Notes under the pieces: generated by a model
Seen by the model: only the letters and a program-made list of their open reading frames with translations
Database searches by the model: none
What the model was told of the DNA's origin: nothing
Origin: Lingula anatina
Lineage: Eukaryota > Animalia > Brachiopoda
Length of the DNA stretch: 64,000 nt
NCBI GenBank assembly: GCA_051362555.1
Contig: CM120645.1
Location: 8,556,001 to 8,620,000 of the forward strand
Reading direction: 5' to 3'
Shown: piece after piece, positions 52,945 to 63,858 of the stretch
Numbering within the stretch: the first letter of the stretch is position 1
How the letters are laid out: every line of letters begins with the position of its first letter
Position numbers and translations under genes: made by a program

Positions 52945-54476
52945 CATGCATTGTGTTTCAAAGTCAAAGGATATCATTTTTGTTAAGATTGTTTCTTTAA
53001 AAATACATATGTTCTCAATTATTCTAAATACAATCTTAAAAGAAGAGAAATGGCACCAGAATACAATGCCACTTTAAATTAAAAAGTGTCAAATGTGTGT
53101 AAAAGCTTAAATGTTGTGATGGTTCTCAATTGTAAGAGTTCCTCTGATATGGACATAAATATATATTATTTTGTGCATGTCAGTGAATGTCTTGTAGACA
53201 AGGCTGCATTTTGACACACAAAAATGAAGATGAGATGAAAAGTTTTCTGGATATTTGGGTGTTGTATTTATGCCCCCCCACCCTCCCAACCCACCCACCC
53301 CCCTCCTCACCCTGCTCTAGATTTGGAGCCCTTCAGTGCTAGCATTTTCCTGATTTTTGTAAAAAGTCCATCTTTATCTCTGAAATATTATTTTTGTAGA
53401 TATCAATGAATGTCTTGTGGACAATGGCGGCTGCGATACACAGGCCTCCTGCACCAATACCATGGGCAACTTCTCCTGTAGCTGTAACTATGGTTACACT
53501 GGGGATGGGTTCACCTGTGTAGGTAAGTACGGTAAATGTTCACAAATTTCAAACCCCTTATATATTTTAACTAATTTTAATTTTTCAAAATTCATAATTT
53601 GTTGTCATTCAAAAAATATTGCTTAATATCGTGGATGAAAATCAGATCAGTCAAAAAAAAAACTTTTATTTTATTATGATTTAATTTTATTATTATAATT
53701 ATTATTTAGATTTCTGTGATGAGCTGTCCTATGTAAACATCAGTGACAGCTGGCGCAATGTCAACCTGGGCGCTGGCACCACTTCATATTGTGACAGTGG
53801 TGACTGGGTGGTGCAGTGGTACCGCGTAGTACCACCAGCTGGGACCCGATTGGCTAATGAGGTGAGAGTTAAAAAGTGATAAAAGAGACTTGATTGGCTA
53901 GTGCAGTGAGTAAACAAAGAGATATATCTAACAAACAAGTTGCAACATGTCTGGATCATTTGTTTGAGATTTGAAAAAAGTCAGATATGCTATTCATAAT
54001 CAAGATATATATGTAACAGCCACTCATGCTTAGCACTTTTGTAAAATATTATATTATATTTCATATTACATTTATAATACTTATATAGTAAATGAGTAAA
54101 CATGCCTGGCAAGTTGGGGAGCAGAGTAGGTTCCTACTGCCCTATACTTATATCAGTTAACTCCAGTGGTTAGCAAAGTTTTATTGAGCATGAGAAAGTA
54201 TGTGTAAGCATACAATTAATTTTGGATACCACTGTACATACACATTATCTTTTCCAGTGTCCTCCTCCTGACCACTGTGGCTCAGCATACCCTGCTTGGT
54301 ATAGTGGAACCGAGCCTACAACACCTGGGGAAGAAATCGTGGGGTCGGTGTGCACCAACTTATACGAATGCTGTCGGTTTCCTGCTGCGGTGACGGTACG
54401 CAACTGTGGCCTTTACCTGATCTATGAGCTGCCCAACCCTCCGACTTGTAACATCACCTATTGCACAGATGATTAG
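16097..54476 (+). CDS. Giant extracellular Cys-rich protein: GCC2/GCC3 (Ephrin_rec_like) repeat array + 11 EGF_CA-type domains + UMOD/GP2/OIT3 D8C domain; ~3150 codons, 5' end not defined, one apparent frameshift
   Basis: Phase-consistent GT-AG exons: 16097-16210, 23220-23312, 24973-25197, 25997-26159, 26974-27089, 27603-27791, 28375-28622, 29225-29448, 29794-30006, 30791-31049, 31371-31687, 32030-33590 (frameshift ~32675), 34049-34175, 34363-35927, 37222-37431, 37801-37941, 38246-38869, 39461-39640, 40202-40471, 40956-41108, 41334-41450, 41723-41821, 46534-47055; then 11 EGF exons 47483-53522, then 53710-53861 and 54258-54476 (stop TAG). AATAAA at ~54680. Confidence 0.85.
16242..20255. mobile_element. 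Harbinger-like MITE ends separated by ~3.8 kb of nested inserted DNA
   Basis: Left gaacgcattaagaac..gactaacagatctgtggatcaaatatgg is the inverted complement of right ccatatttgatcagcagatctgttagtc..ctgaatgtgctc; same family as 3812-3996. Confidence 0.55.
17698..20184 (+). mobile_element. Possible decayed TTAA-type DNA transposon (Kolobok-like) with THAP-domain remnant
   Basis: Bounded by ttaaagg... and ...ccctttaa. ORF 18006 begins MPRCVAVG(F), like a THAP start, with later W and HF residues across frameshifts. Confidence 0.35.
21815..22154. mobile_element. ~340-bp TTAA-targeting MITE (Kolobok/piggyBac-type)
   Basis: TIR agggataataactctt...aagagttattatccct; near-identical copy at 27924-28260. 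Confidence 0.8.
22284..22667. repeat. Three ~123-bp units (one forward, two reverse) forming a long hairpin
   Basis: Forward 22284-~22407, reverse ~22420-22543 and reverse ~22546-22667; same unit as 1966-2085. Confidence 0.9.
23334..23620. mobile_element. Harbinger-like MITE (family of 3812-3996)
   Basis: Inverted ends gactaacagatc..ctaaatatggccaaccc / gggttgaccatatttag..gatcagttagt. Confidence 0.6.
27924..28260. mobile_element. ~340-bp TTAA-targeting MITE
   Basis: Perfect TTAA duplication (27920-27923/28261-28264) and TIR agggataataactctt; copy of 21815-22154. Confidence 0.85.
32030..33590 (+). CDS. Large Cys-rich repeat exon of the giant gene (frame switch at ~32675)
   Basis: ORFs 31969-32766 and 32699-33727 both carry CPxGxYCPxG repeats; acceptor ttcag at 32029, donor gtaag at 33591. 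Confidence 0.85.
33946..34012. repeat. (CT)n microsatellite
   Basis: Uninterrupted CT run upstream of the acceptor at 34048. Confidence 0.95.
34363..35927 (+). CDS. Largest Cys-rich repeat exon of the giant gene
   Basis: ORF 34478-35947 with repeated CPxGxYC / CxAGxYCxxG motifs; acceptor ttttcag at 34362, donor gtgag at 35928. Confidence 0.9.
36588..37221 (+). repeat. ~85-bp minisatellite, 7 units, each containing a copy of the splice acceptor and first ~20 nt of exon 37222
   Basis: Unit atttcag|caatatctcagcagtgtcccaccccctccccctcaaagactcattttttacaaaaaaaag(ta)n versus the real junction attttag|caacatctcagcagtgtcccccagg. Confidence 0.9.
39194..39370. mobile_element. Harbinger-like MITE
   Basis: TIR ggactcatttagaataggggactaac...gttagtcccctattctgaatgagacc. 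Confidence 0.65.
43425..44460 (+). CDS. Secreted F5/8 type C (discoidin) domain protein with N-terminal coiled coil, ~261 aa, nested in an intron of the giant gene
   Basis: Exon 43425-44075: signal peptide [17 protein letters not shown], heptad-like segment, then [12 protein letters not shown]...[27 protein letters not shown]...FVREYQV. Exon 44326-44460: [29 protein letters not shown]...[16 protein letters not shown] at ~44676 and ~44823. Confidence 0.9.
47483..53522 (+). CDS. Eleven single-domain EGF-like exons (most with Ca-binding consensus) of the giant gene
   Basis: Phase 1-1 exons of 120-126 nt, mostly reading DI(N/D)EC...GGC...A.C.NT.GSF.C.C..GY.GDG..C: 47483-47608, 47815-47937, 48464-48586, 49144-49266, 50060-50179, 50601-50723, 51464-51586, 51980-52102, 52232-52354, 52722-52844, 53400-53522. 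Confidence 0.9.
49520..49945. repeat. Minisatellite (18-20 bp units, cctaacaaaacactgtcaca variants)
   Basis: Directly visible tandem array in an EGF-region intron. Confidence 0.9.
51067..51260 (-). mobile_element. Fragment of the element at 1-112
   Basis: ggatccagagatattttctgac...tttgttgatccatcctc is the reverse complement of ~50-105, with an internal duplication. Confidence 0.5.
53710..54476 (+). CDS. Terminal uromodulin-type D8C domain exons of the giant gene
   Basis: [18 protein letters not shown]...[23 protein letters not shown]|[20 protein letters not shown]...[40 protein letters not shown] matches the UMOD/GP2/OIT3 D8C pattern. Confidence 0.85.
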
Positions 54477-55074
54477 ATCAGTGATCAAGATAGGCTGTGG
54501 ATTAGGCATGATCTTAACATGTGGAATAGAGCTTATTGGAAGTGCCACTCCTGGATTCAAAATTATGGTTATACTTTTTTGATATATTGTGGAATTTTGA
54601 ATTTAATTGTCGTTTAAATTCATGATATCACATGATTTGACTGAACAGTGGATTTTTTTTTTTGGACTGGTTACAATGGAATAAAGCAATCCACTCAGAC
54701 ATGCTACACAGGAAAATTCTAGTAACTTAATTTGTCACCTCAGCCATCTAAGGAGGTTATCTCTTCATCACTGAAGGTTACAAGATATTTCAGAAAGTTT
54801 TACCCAATTTTTGTAATGATTTTAGGAATGGACAGTTATTAAGGAGAGAAATGAGTGATTTCAATTTCAACTTGGTCTCCTAAATTTTTTAAAAATTCTT
54901 TTTAAATTTCATGTTATTGTATATTACATTTTGCTTTGATGGATGACTGCACTCACAAATAGGTTGAATTTGGTCGAGGGTCGAATTTTCTGCCAATAGT
55001 ATACAATCATGAACTTGCAAGTTAGCTCTAAGTTGACTTGAACACAGATGACATCTGACTAGTGGAAACATATA

Positions 55075-55930
55075 TACACTTGTAGAATCACGTGCTGTTG
55101 AATAGGCAGATGATGGCAACTGAAACATTTCAAAACCTTTCATTTAAAAATCAAATTTTAAAAAGGGCTTGATGTATTGTACACTTGCACTAGTAGAATC
55201 ACTGTTGAATAGATGGATGATGGCAACTGGAACATTTCAAAACTTTTCATTTTGAAATCAAATTTCTGAATTTTTGCTGTATGTAAGTTAATTAAACTTT
55301 ATAAAGTTGGTTGTGTCTAATAATAATAATGGAATGTACTTTATACTGTAAAGAGGGCTTGTTGTATTGTACACTTGCACTAATAGAATCACTGTTGAAT
55401 AGGTAGATGATGGCAACTGGAACATTTGAAAACCTTTCATTTTGAAATCAAATTTCTGAGTTTTTGTTGTATGTAAGCTAAATAACCTTTATCAAGTTGG
55501 TTAAATATAATAATAAAGTTTAATAATAATAATGGAGTGCACTTTATACTGTAAAAAGGGCTTGTTGTATTGTACACTTGCACTAGTAGAAACACTGTTG
55601 AATAGGCATATAATGGCAACTAAAAAATTTTAAAATCAAATTTCCAAGTTTTTGCTGTATGTAAGCTTAATGAACTTTATAAAGTTGGTTGTGTCTTTTT
55701 TTAATAATAATAATAATGGAATGTACTTTATACTGTAAAAAGGGCTTGTTGTATTGTACACTTGCACTAGAAGAATCGGTGTTGAATTGGGAGATGATGG
55801 CAACTGAAACATTTCAAAACCTTTCATTTTAAAATCAAAGTTCTGTGTTTTTGCTGTAAGCTAAATAAATTTTATAAAGTTGGTTGTCTTTTTTCAATAA
55901 TAATAAAGGGCTTATATTTTACTTGCAATA
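55075..55930. repeat. ~190-bp tandem repeat, ~4.5 degenerate copies
   Basis: aaagggcttgttgtattgtacacttgcact..gatgatggcaactg..aacatttcaaaacctttcatt recurs at ~55162, 55352, 55556 and 55739. Confidence 0.85.
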
Positions 55931-56559
55931 TGAGTGACTTACTTCAATGTTAAATCGTCTGAAACGTGGCTGCTTGTTTTACGCTGAGTTTACTGTTTCA
56001 CACAAGTTCTCAATTTCACATACAAAAAAGGTAACGTTCGGTAAACTAAAAAGACAATTTTGATTCGATTCTAACACGAAATGGCCCTTTACGTAGCACA
56101 ATGTTTTCGGTAAAACAAAACGATGGATGGTAATATTGCAAAATTAGAAAAAAAAATGGGCACAATTTAAAAAGCACATCCCAGTTGAGCTACCATGCTT
56201 CGTTTTGAGTCTTTTTTAAATAGCCTAGACGCGCTCTCTTATTATTAATGCGTAACTGATAAGAACAAAATCGTCTTTTCAGTAATGAAAGATATTTTCC
56301 CAATTGTCATCACGGTAATTTGTCGATTGTCTTCATTTTTCTACATTAAAATCGTGCTTCTTTTGCGTTTCTGTTTTCTTAAAACTCTGTAAAGAAAAAA
56401 AGGAGTATTGTTCCTTAATAAACAATAAGTTCTTTGTCTCTTTCAACTGTTTTTCCCTCAATTTTAGAAGCAATAATTAAACTGAGCATTCTACAATTGA
56501 TCACAGAGCATGCAGTTCACGCCACACCCAAAATGCGTTGTGGAACAAAACAACGCCCT

Positions 56560-56704
56560 GACCTATGACGTAGGGTCACGCAGCAAATCAAAAAATAAAC
56601 GTCACAAGAAATGTGACGTAAACGTCCGTGGCAACAGTCAGACTTGGTGAAAGTTCTTTTAGAACAGCACGTCAATTTGACCGGAGTACAATTTCTACAT
56701 AAAA
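56560..56704 (+). promoter_or_regulatory. Putative proximal promoter with clustered CRE half-sites (TGACG/CGTCA)
   Basis: tgacgta, aacgtcac, gtgacgta and cacgtcaa within 140 bp of the ATG, conserved in all three units; CpG-rich relative to background. Confidence 0.4.
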
Positions 56705-58168
56705 ATGGCTGGTAAACCCGTTGAGAATTTGACTTCAAGATTACAAATTGAGGATCAAGATGTGGACCCTAGACCACGTCAACTGGCATTATGGATAGAT
56801 GCAGAATCCGAATCTTCGTCGCAGCAATCGTCCAGACCGGTAACGCCATTCGGCCCTTCTGCGCTGGATCCAGCGACAATTCCTAGGCGTCTGTCCTGTA
56901 GACTGGTTTCACAAACCAGACAAAGAGACCCTGAAGAGTTGGCCTTTGAACTGGATATCAGACAAACAGCAGCAACAAATCTGAGAAACGAACAGATTAG
57001 AGGAAGAACCCCCTCCACGGGAGCTAGGTTAGAAAAGGTAAGTTATTCGTTAGAAATCGGGCATGTGTTTCAGTTTTCCCAGCAATTTCCTATTCTTCGA
57101 TCCAACTCTGATTTATTCTGAAGATAGTTTTGTGTGGTTCGGTTGATTGTTTATTTGGTATTCGCTACCTCCTTTGATAACCGTTGGGTAGCGGATGACT
57201 GACTGATCCGGTTTTTAAAAAACGGAGAGGGGAAGTGATGGAGGAATGGAATTTCGCTTTGTGTTGATGTACGATATCAGATTGGATATAATATATTTAA
57301 TGTTACATTTCCAGGCTTTGCAAACTAAACTCGAGTTGGATATAACAGAACAGGAAAGGAAAAAGAGGAAAGATGAAGAAAAGCGAGAGAGAATTGCAAA
57401 GCGCCTAGAAGAAATCAAATACAAGAAAGAACAAATGGAACTGGAGAAAAAGAAGGCCAGAGAACGCAAGGAAAAACTCGTTAAGGTAAGAAATTTATGT
57501 ACGCATTTTTATTTTGGGTAGGGGGAATTGTTCTTTACGAAAGTCGTTTAGCGTTTTCGTAAGGTCAATAATGTCTGTAAATAGTATATCAGAAAAATGT
57601 ATATTGCATTTATTTTGCCCAGCCAATTTCACTGCTACAATTGTTCCGTATCTTTTACAACAGATCGTCAAAGCAAAGGTAAAAATAGAGCGAAATGTAC
57701 TTTTTATTGTTTTATTTAATATTTCTAGCAATTCAATAGTAACAATAAAAATAATTATAATAATAATAATAATAATAATAAAATTTTGTGTTAAGGAAAA
57801 TTTGAAAAATCCCATAATCAGAGTTGAGGATGACGCTTCTGCTAAAGAGAGGATTCTGTTTGAGCTTAAGTGCGAAAAAGAATGTGAGGAAAACCAAAAG
57901 GTATGTAATATTGCTTATCTATTTTGAAAAGAATGGTGGGTTTCATTGTTTACGATTCTTGAATATTTAATAATTATAATAGTCAAATAATGTGTCAGTT
58001 ACTTTCTTTCAGAAATACCCCATTCAACGGGACGTGTTCGAAGAAACCAAAGTCCCTTCTAGACTGAGAAGATGGTGGAATGGGTTTTTGAATGCCATCA
58101 GATCTTCATCTTGTTTTGGTGGACGCAGACGCAATAGAGTACACCCACTGCCACAACCAGAGAAATAA
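56705..58168 (+). CDS. Uncharacterised 254-aa coiled-coil protein, array copy 1
   Basis: Exons 56705-57037, 57315-57485, 57796-57900 and 58013-58168, all phase 0 GT-AG, open throughout. Ends ...RLRRWWNGFLNAIRSSSCFGGRRRNRVHPLPQPEK*. AATAAA at ~58712. Confidence 0.8.
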
Positions 58169-59512
58169 GAGACCATCGGTGACGATGAATTACTAAGGAG
58201 AGCATGATGTGTAGCCCCAGACCACAGGCGTCGCTAGTATCTCTTACAAATCTACAGGATCAGCTCTTCTTGAATTTTGTATGTTATACTAGAGACCTCT
58301 ATGTTATCAGAGGGAACATGATGTACTCTCGTGTTACGAAATATGTGTACAGACTCTTAAATTCACAAGTTTGGTTGCGGTTTGTTGGTTTTAAAGACCT
58401 CAGGCAGAAACATCACCCATGTCCCTGGAGGCTCTTGAAAAGCGTCACTGCTTCTGTGTGCGGATAGTGCTTTCCTTGTCCAATGTCCAATTTCACTTTA
58501 TTGACCTTATTAATTGTGGTTTTTACAATTATATCGCTTTTGAGTCAGTTACAGTTGACGAATATTTTGACGCATCTCTTTAAATGTAAATATTTTTTAT
58601 GGTAATGTAAATATTTTAATTTAAACATTCTCTTATTAGTAAACTAAGACAAATCAATACTTGGAATTCTTAAAGTTTAAACTATTGATTGTTTTTTATT
58701 AAAAGTATGAAAATAAACCATGTTTCTGAATTAAGATGTGTTGCAATTTTTTAACCTATATATCCATCTATATCCGAGCGACATATAACCTCAAAGTCAT
58801 TCTTGGAATAAGTGAAACAAAATTTTTGTTGAGCAGTTATAGGGTATACAACGTGTCGGATGTCAACCACATGAACAGACCGTAATCTGAAGATGTAGAC
58901 AAGTACATCGTCTGTATATAAAAAGGCAGGAACTTCCAGCAAACTTTGAATATTATACAATATAACCTTTCAGTGTAGGGCAAAATTTAAAAAGCGCATC
59001 TTGGCTGAGCCGCCGTGCTTAATTGGGGAGTGTTATTAAAATAGCTTGGTCGTACTCCCTTAATTAAGGCGATTTTGATAAACACAAAATCGCCTTTTCA
59101 GTAATGGAAGACATTTTGCTACGGTTGTTCTTTTCTTTTTTCTACAATAGAATTGTGCTTCTTTTGCGCTTATGTTTTCTTGAAATCGTGTAAAGAAAAA
59201 AGAGCATTTATTATACCTTGATAAACAAATAAGTTCTTTGTCTCTTTCAACTGTTTTCCCTTAATTTAAAAGAATAAGAAAACGACGACGTGCTACAATT
59301 GATCACGGAGCGTAAGATTCACGCCACACCTAACGTTGTGTTGTTGGACAAAACAGCGCATTGACTTATGACGTGGCGTCATGCAGCAGATAAAAAAAAT
59401 AAATAAACGTCACAAGAAATGTGACGTAAACCTCCGTGGCAACAGTCAGACCTGGCAACAGTTCTTTTAGAGCAGCACGTCAATTTGACCGGAGTTTAAT
59501 CTCTATATAAAA

Positions 59513-62454
59513 ATGGCTGGTAGAGCTAATCACGTTGAGAATTTAACTTCAAGATTACAAACTGAGGATCAAGATGTGGACCCTAGACCACGTCAACTGG
59601 CATTATGGATAGATGCAGAATCTGAACATTCGTCGCAGCAATCGTCCAGACCGGTAACGCCATTCGGCCCCTGTGCGCTGGATCCAGGGACAATTCCTAG
59701 GCGTCTGTCCCGTAGACTGGTTTCACAAACCAGACAACGAGATCCTGAAGAGTTGGCCTTTGAACTGGACATTAGACAAACAGCAGCGACAAATCTGAGA
59801 AACGAACAGATCAGAGGAAGAACCCCCTCCACTGGAGCTAGGGTAGAAAAGGTACGTTATTCGTTAGAAATTGGGCATGTTTCAGTTTTCCCAGCAATTT
59901 TCTATCCATCGAAGCAACCCTGATTTATTCTGAAGATAACTTTAGGTAGGTCGGTTGATTGTTTATTTGGCATTTGCTACCCCCTTTGCTGACCGTTTAG
60001 TAGCGGATGACTGACTGAACCAGATGTTTGAAAAACGGAGAGAGGAAGGGATTGAGGAATAGACTTTCGCTTTGTGTTGATGTACGATATTTAATATTTA
60101 ATGTTACATTTCCAGGCTTTACAAACTAAACTCGAGCTGGATATAACAGAACAGGAAAGGAAAAAGAGGAAAGATGAAGAAAAGCGAGAGAGAATTGCAA
60201 AGCGCCTAGAAGAAATCAAATATAAGAAAGAACAGATGGAACTGGAGAAAAAGAAGGCCAGAGAACGCAAGGAAAAACTCGTTAAAGTAAGAAATTTATG
60301 TACGCCTCTTTATTTTGAGGAGGGTTTGTTCTTTACGAAGTCGTTTAGCGTTTTCGTAAGGTCAATAATGTCTGTAAATAGTATATCAGAAAAATGTTTA
60401 TTGCATATATTTTGCCTAGCCAAAGGGAACCGGAGAAGATCAGCATTGGTCAGAATTGTGCCGGAAGTGACGTGCAGTGATGTTAGAAAGGAAGCTGAGT
60501 GGTCATTTTAACATAGAGGTGAACGGCAGTGAAGACGGGTTGTCGGAGGAAAAAAGAAGTTTTCTAAACAACATGGTAAGATAACTCTCTCTTTTTACGC
60601 ATTTTGGGCAGAGAAAACTTGTAGAAATAATAAATGCATGATATGAAAACGTGACACGGAACTTGAAGGTGCAAAATCGTGCTTAATTTGCGGTCAACTT
60701 GTTTAGAAATAAATGCTGCGTCGACCGCCAGCGCGACAAAAAGCGTAAAGGGGAAATAATTCCCGGGAGTCTATAAATCGTTGTCATGTGGAAATTTGGC
60801 ATTAATATAATCCGATATGTCCATATCTAAGTATTTTTGGGTGTTTTATGGTATGGGCTGCAATTACAACGATGTTTTAGAGGTCTTGAAGGACCTTGTG
60901 AAAACCAGGAAGTAGTTCGTAACTAACAAGTGGAATGTACCGATCTCCGACTGCTGTGCACAGCTGTATCTTTTTTTCAATATATTGACGAATTTTTAGA
61001 TCTTTATATGTCCATCTGGCATGAAATTCCACACACATGATCACACTGATATACCTTTTACACTGGGGAAGGCGCTTATCAGTGACAAATGCCAAGACAA
61101 AGGTGACATTCTGACAGCCTCTTATCTGAGTTAAAAATCACTGACAAAAGAGACTGGCAATCAATTTCCTCAGGCTGGCAATCATTAGCCTATAGAAATT
61201 GGTCATGTTACATCTTATCTACCTGTGAGAATCGTTTTACCAACTGAGTATTGCATAATAATGTCAATTATTAGTACTTTGAGCTAGTCTTAATTACCTG
61301 TCAGCTCACCTGAATTCTCTTTTTGTCTTTTTGGGAAGATCTTGTCAGTGAAATGTTTTATTTGTCCTGTGACAAAAATTCGTCAATATATTGAAAAAAA
61401 GATACAGCTGTGCACAGCAGTCGGAGATCGGTACATTTCACTTGTTAGTTACGAACTACTTCCTTGTTTTCACAAGGTCCTTCAAGACCTCTAAAACTTC
61501 GTTCTAATTGCAGCCCATACCATAAAACACCCCAAAAATACTTAGATATGGACATATCGGATTATATTAATGCCAAATTTCCACATGGCAACGATTTACA
61601 GCCTCCCGGGAATTATTTTCAATTTACACTCTTTGTCGCAATGGCGGTCGATGCAGCATTCATTTTAAAACAAGTTGACCGCAAATTAAGCACGATTTTG
61701 CACCTTCAAGTTCCGTGTCACGTTTTCATATCATGCATTTATTATTTCTACAAGTTTTCTCTGCCCGAAATGCGTAAAAAAAGAGAGTTATCTTACCATG
61801 TTGTTTAGAAAACTTCTTTTTCCTCCGACAACCCGTCTTCACTGCCGTTCACCTCTATGTTAAAATGACCACTCAGCTTCGTTTCTAACACCACTGCACG
61901 TCACTTCCGGCACAATTCTGACCAATGCTGATCTTCTCCGGTTCCCTTTATTGTTCCGTATCTTTTACAACAGCTCGTCAAAGCAAAGGTAAAAATAGAG
62001 CGAAATGTACTTTTTATTGTTTTATTTAATATTTCTAGTAATTCAATAGTAATAATAATAATAATAAAATTTTGTGTTAAGGAAAATTTGAAAAATCCCA
62101 TAATCAGAGTTGAGGATGACGCTTCTGCTAAAGAGAGGATTCTGTTTGAGCTTAAGTGCGAAAAAGAATGTGAGGAAAACCAAAAGGTATGTAATATTGC
62201 TTATCTATTTTGAAAAGAATGGTGGGTTTCATTGTTTACGATTCTTGAATATTTAATAATTATAATAGTCAAATAATGTGTCAGTTACTTTCTTTCAGAA
62301 ATACCCCATTCAACGGGACGTGTTCGAAGAAACCAAAGTCCCTTCTAGACTGAGAAGATGGTGGAATGGGTTTTTGAATGCCATCAGATCTTCATCTTGT
62401 TTTGGTGGACGCAGACGCAATAGAGTACACCCACTGCCGCAACCAGAGAAATAA
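59513..62454 (+). CDS. Uncharacterised 256-aa coiled-coil protein, array copy 2
   Basis: Exons 59513-59851, 60116-60286, 62082-62186 and 62299-62454; same structure as copy 1, with an in-frame 6-nt indel near the start. Confidence 0.8.
60424..61947. mobile_element. 1.5-kb fold-back non-autonomous DNA element with ~575-bp TIRs
   Basis: agggaaccggagaagatcagcattggtc... (60424-60997) is the inverted complement of 61374-61947. Absent from the equivalent intron of copy 1 (~57625). Confidence 0.9.
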
Positions 62455-63858
62455 GAGACCATCGGTGACGATGAATTACTAAGGAAAGCATGATGTGTAG
62501 CCCCAGACCACAGGCGTCGCTAGTATCTCTTACAAATCTACAGGATCAGCTCTTCTTGAATTTTGTATGTTATACTAGAGACCTCTATGATATCAGAGGG
62601 AACATGATGTGCTCTCGTGTTACGAAATATGTGTACAGACTCTTAAATTCACAAGTTTGGTTGCGGTTTGTTGGTTTTAAAGACCTCAGGCAGAAACATC
62701 ACCCATGTCCCTGGAGGCTCTTGAAAAGCGTCACTGCTTCTGTGTGCAGATAGTGCTTTCCTTTTTTTTTTTTTTTTTTAGCGAAGGTTCAAAATAAAGA
62801 AAACAGCAATGTCCAATTTCACTTTATTGACCTTATTAATTGTTGTTTTTACAATTATATCGCTTTTGAGTCAGTTACAGTTGACGAATATTTTGACGCA
62901 TCTTTTTAAATGTAAATATATTTTATGGTAATGTAAATATTTTAATTCAAACATTCTCTTATTAGTAAACTAAGACAAATCAATACTTGGAATTCTTAAA
63001 GTTAAAACTATTGATTGTTTTTTATTAAAAGTATGAAAATAAACCATATTTCTGTATTAAGATGTGTTGCATTTTTTAAATCTATATATCCATCTATATC
63101 CGAGCGACATATAACCTCAAAGTCATTCTTGGAATAAGTGAAACAAAATTTTTGTTGAGCAGTTATAGGTTATACAACGTGTCGCATGTCAACCACATGA
63201 ACAGACCGTAATCTGAAGATGTAGACAAGTACATCGTCTGTATATAAAAAGGCAGGAACTTCCAGCAAACTTTGAATATTATACAATATAACCTTTCAGT
63301 GTAGGGCAAAATTTAAAAAGCGCATCTTGGCTGAGCCGCCGTGCTTAATTTGGAGTGTTATTAAAATAGCTTGGTCGTACTCCCTTAATTAAGGCGATTT
63401 TGATAAACACAAAATCGCCTTTTCAGTAATGGAAGACATTTTGCCACGATTGTCACCACACGGTAATTTGTTGGTTGTTCTTTTCTTTTTTTCTACAATA
63501 GAATTGTGCTTCTTTTGCGTTTATGTTTTCTTTAAATCGTGTAAAGAAAAAAGAGTATTTATTATATCTTGATAAACAAATAAGTTCTTTGTCTCTTTCA
63601 ACTGTTTTCCCTTAATTTAAAAGAATAAGAAAACGACAACGTGCTACAATTGATTACGGAGCGTAAGATTCACGCCACACCTAACGTTTTGTTGTTGGAC
63701 AAAACAACGCATTGACCTATGACGTGGCGTCATGCAGTACATATAAAAATAAACGTCACAAGAAATGTGACGTAAACGTCCGTGGCAACAGTCAGACCTG
63801 GCGACAGTTCTTTTAGAGCAGCACGTCAATTTGACCGGAGTTTAATTTCTACATAAAA

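Noticed and set aside
58204-58467. 87-aa ORF conserved in units 1 and 2 (62490-62753)
   Set aside because: Lies in the presumed 3' UTR; conservation is explained by near-identity of the recent duplicates; no recognisable motif.
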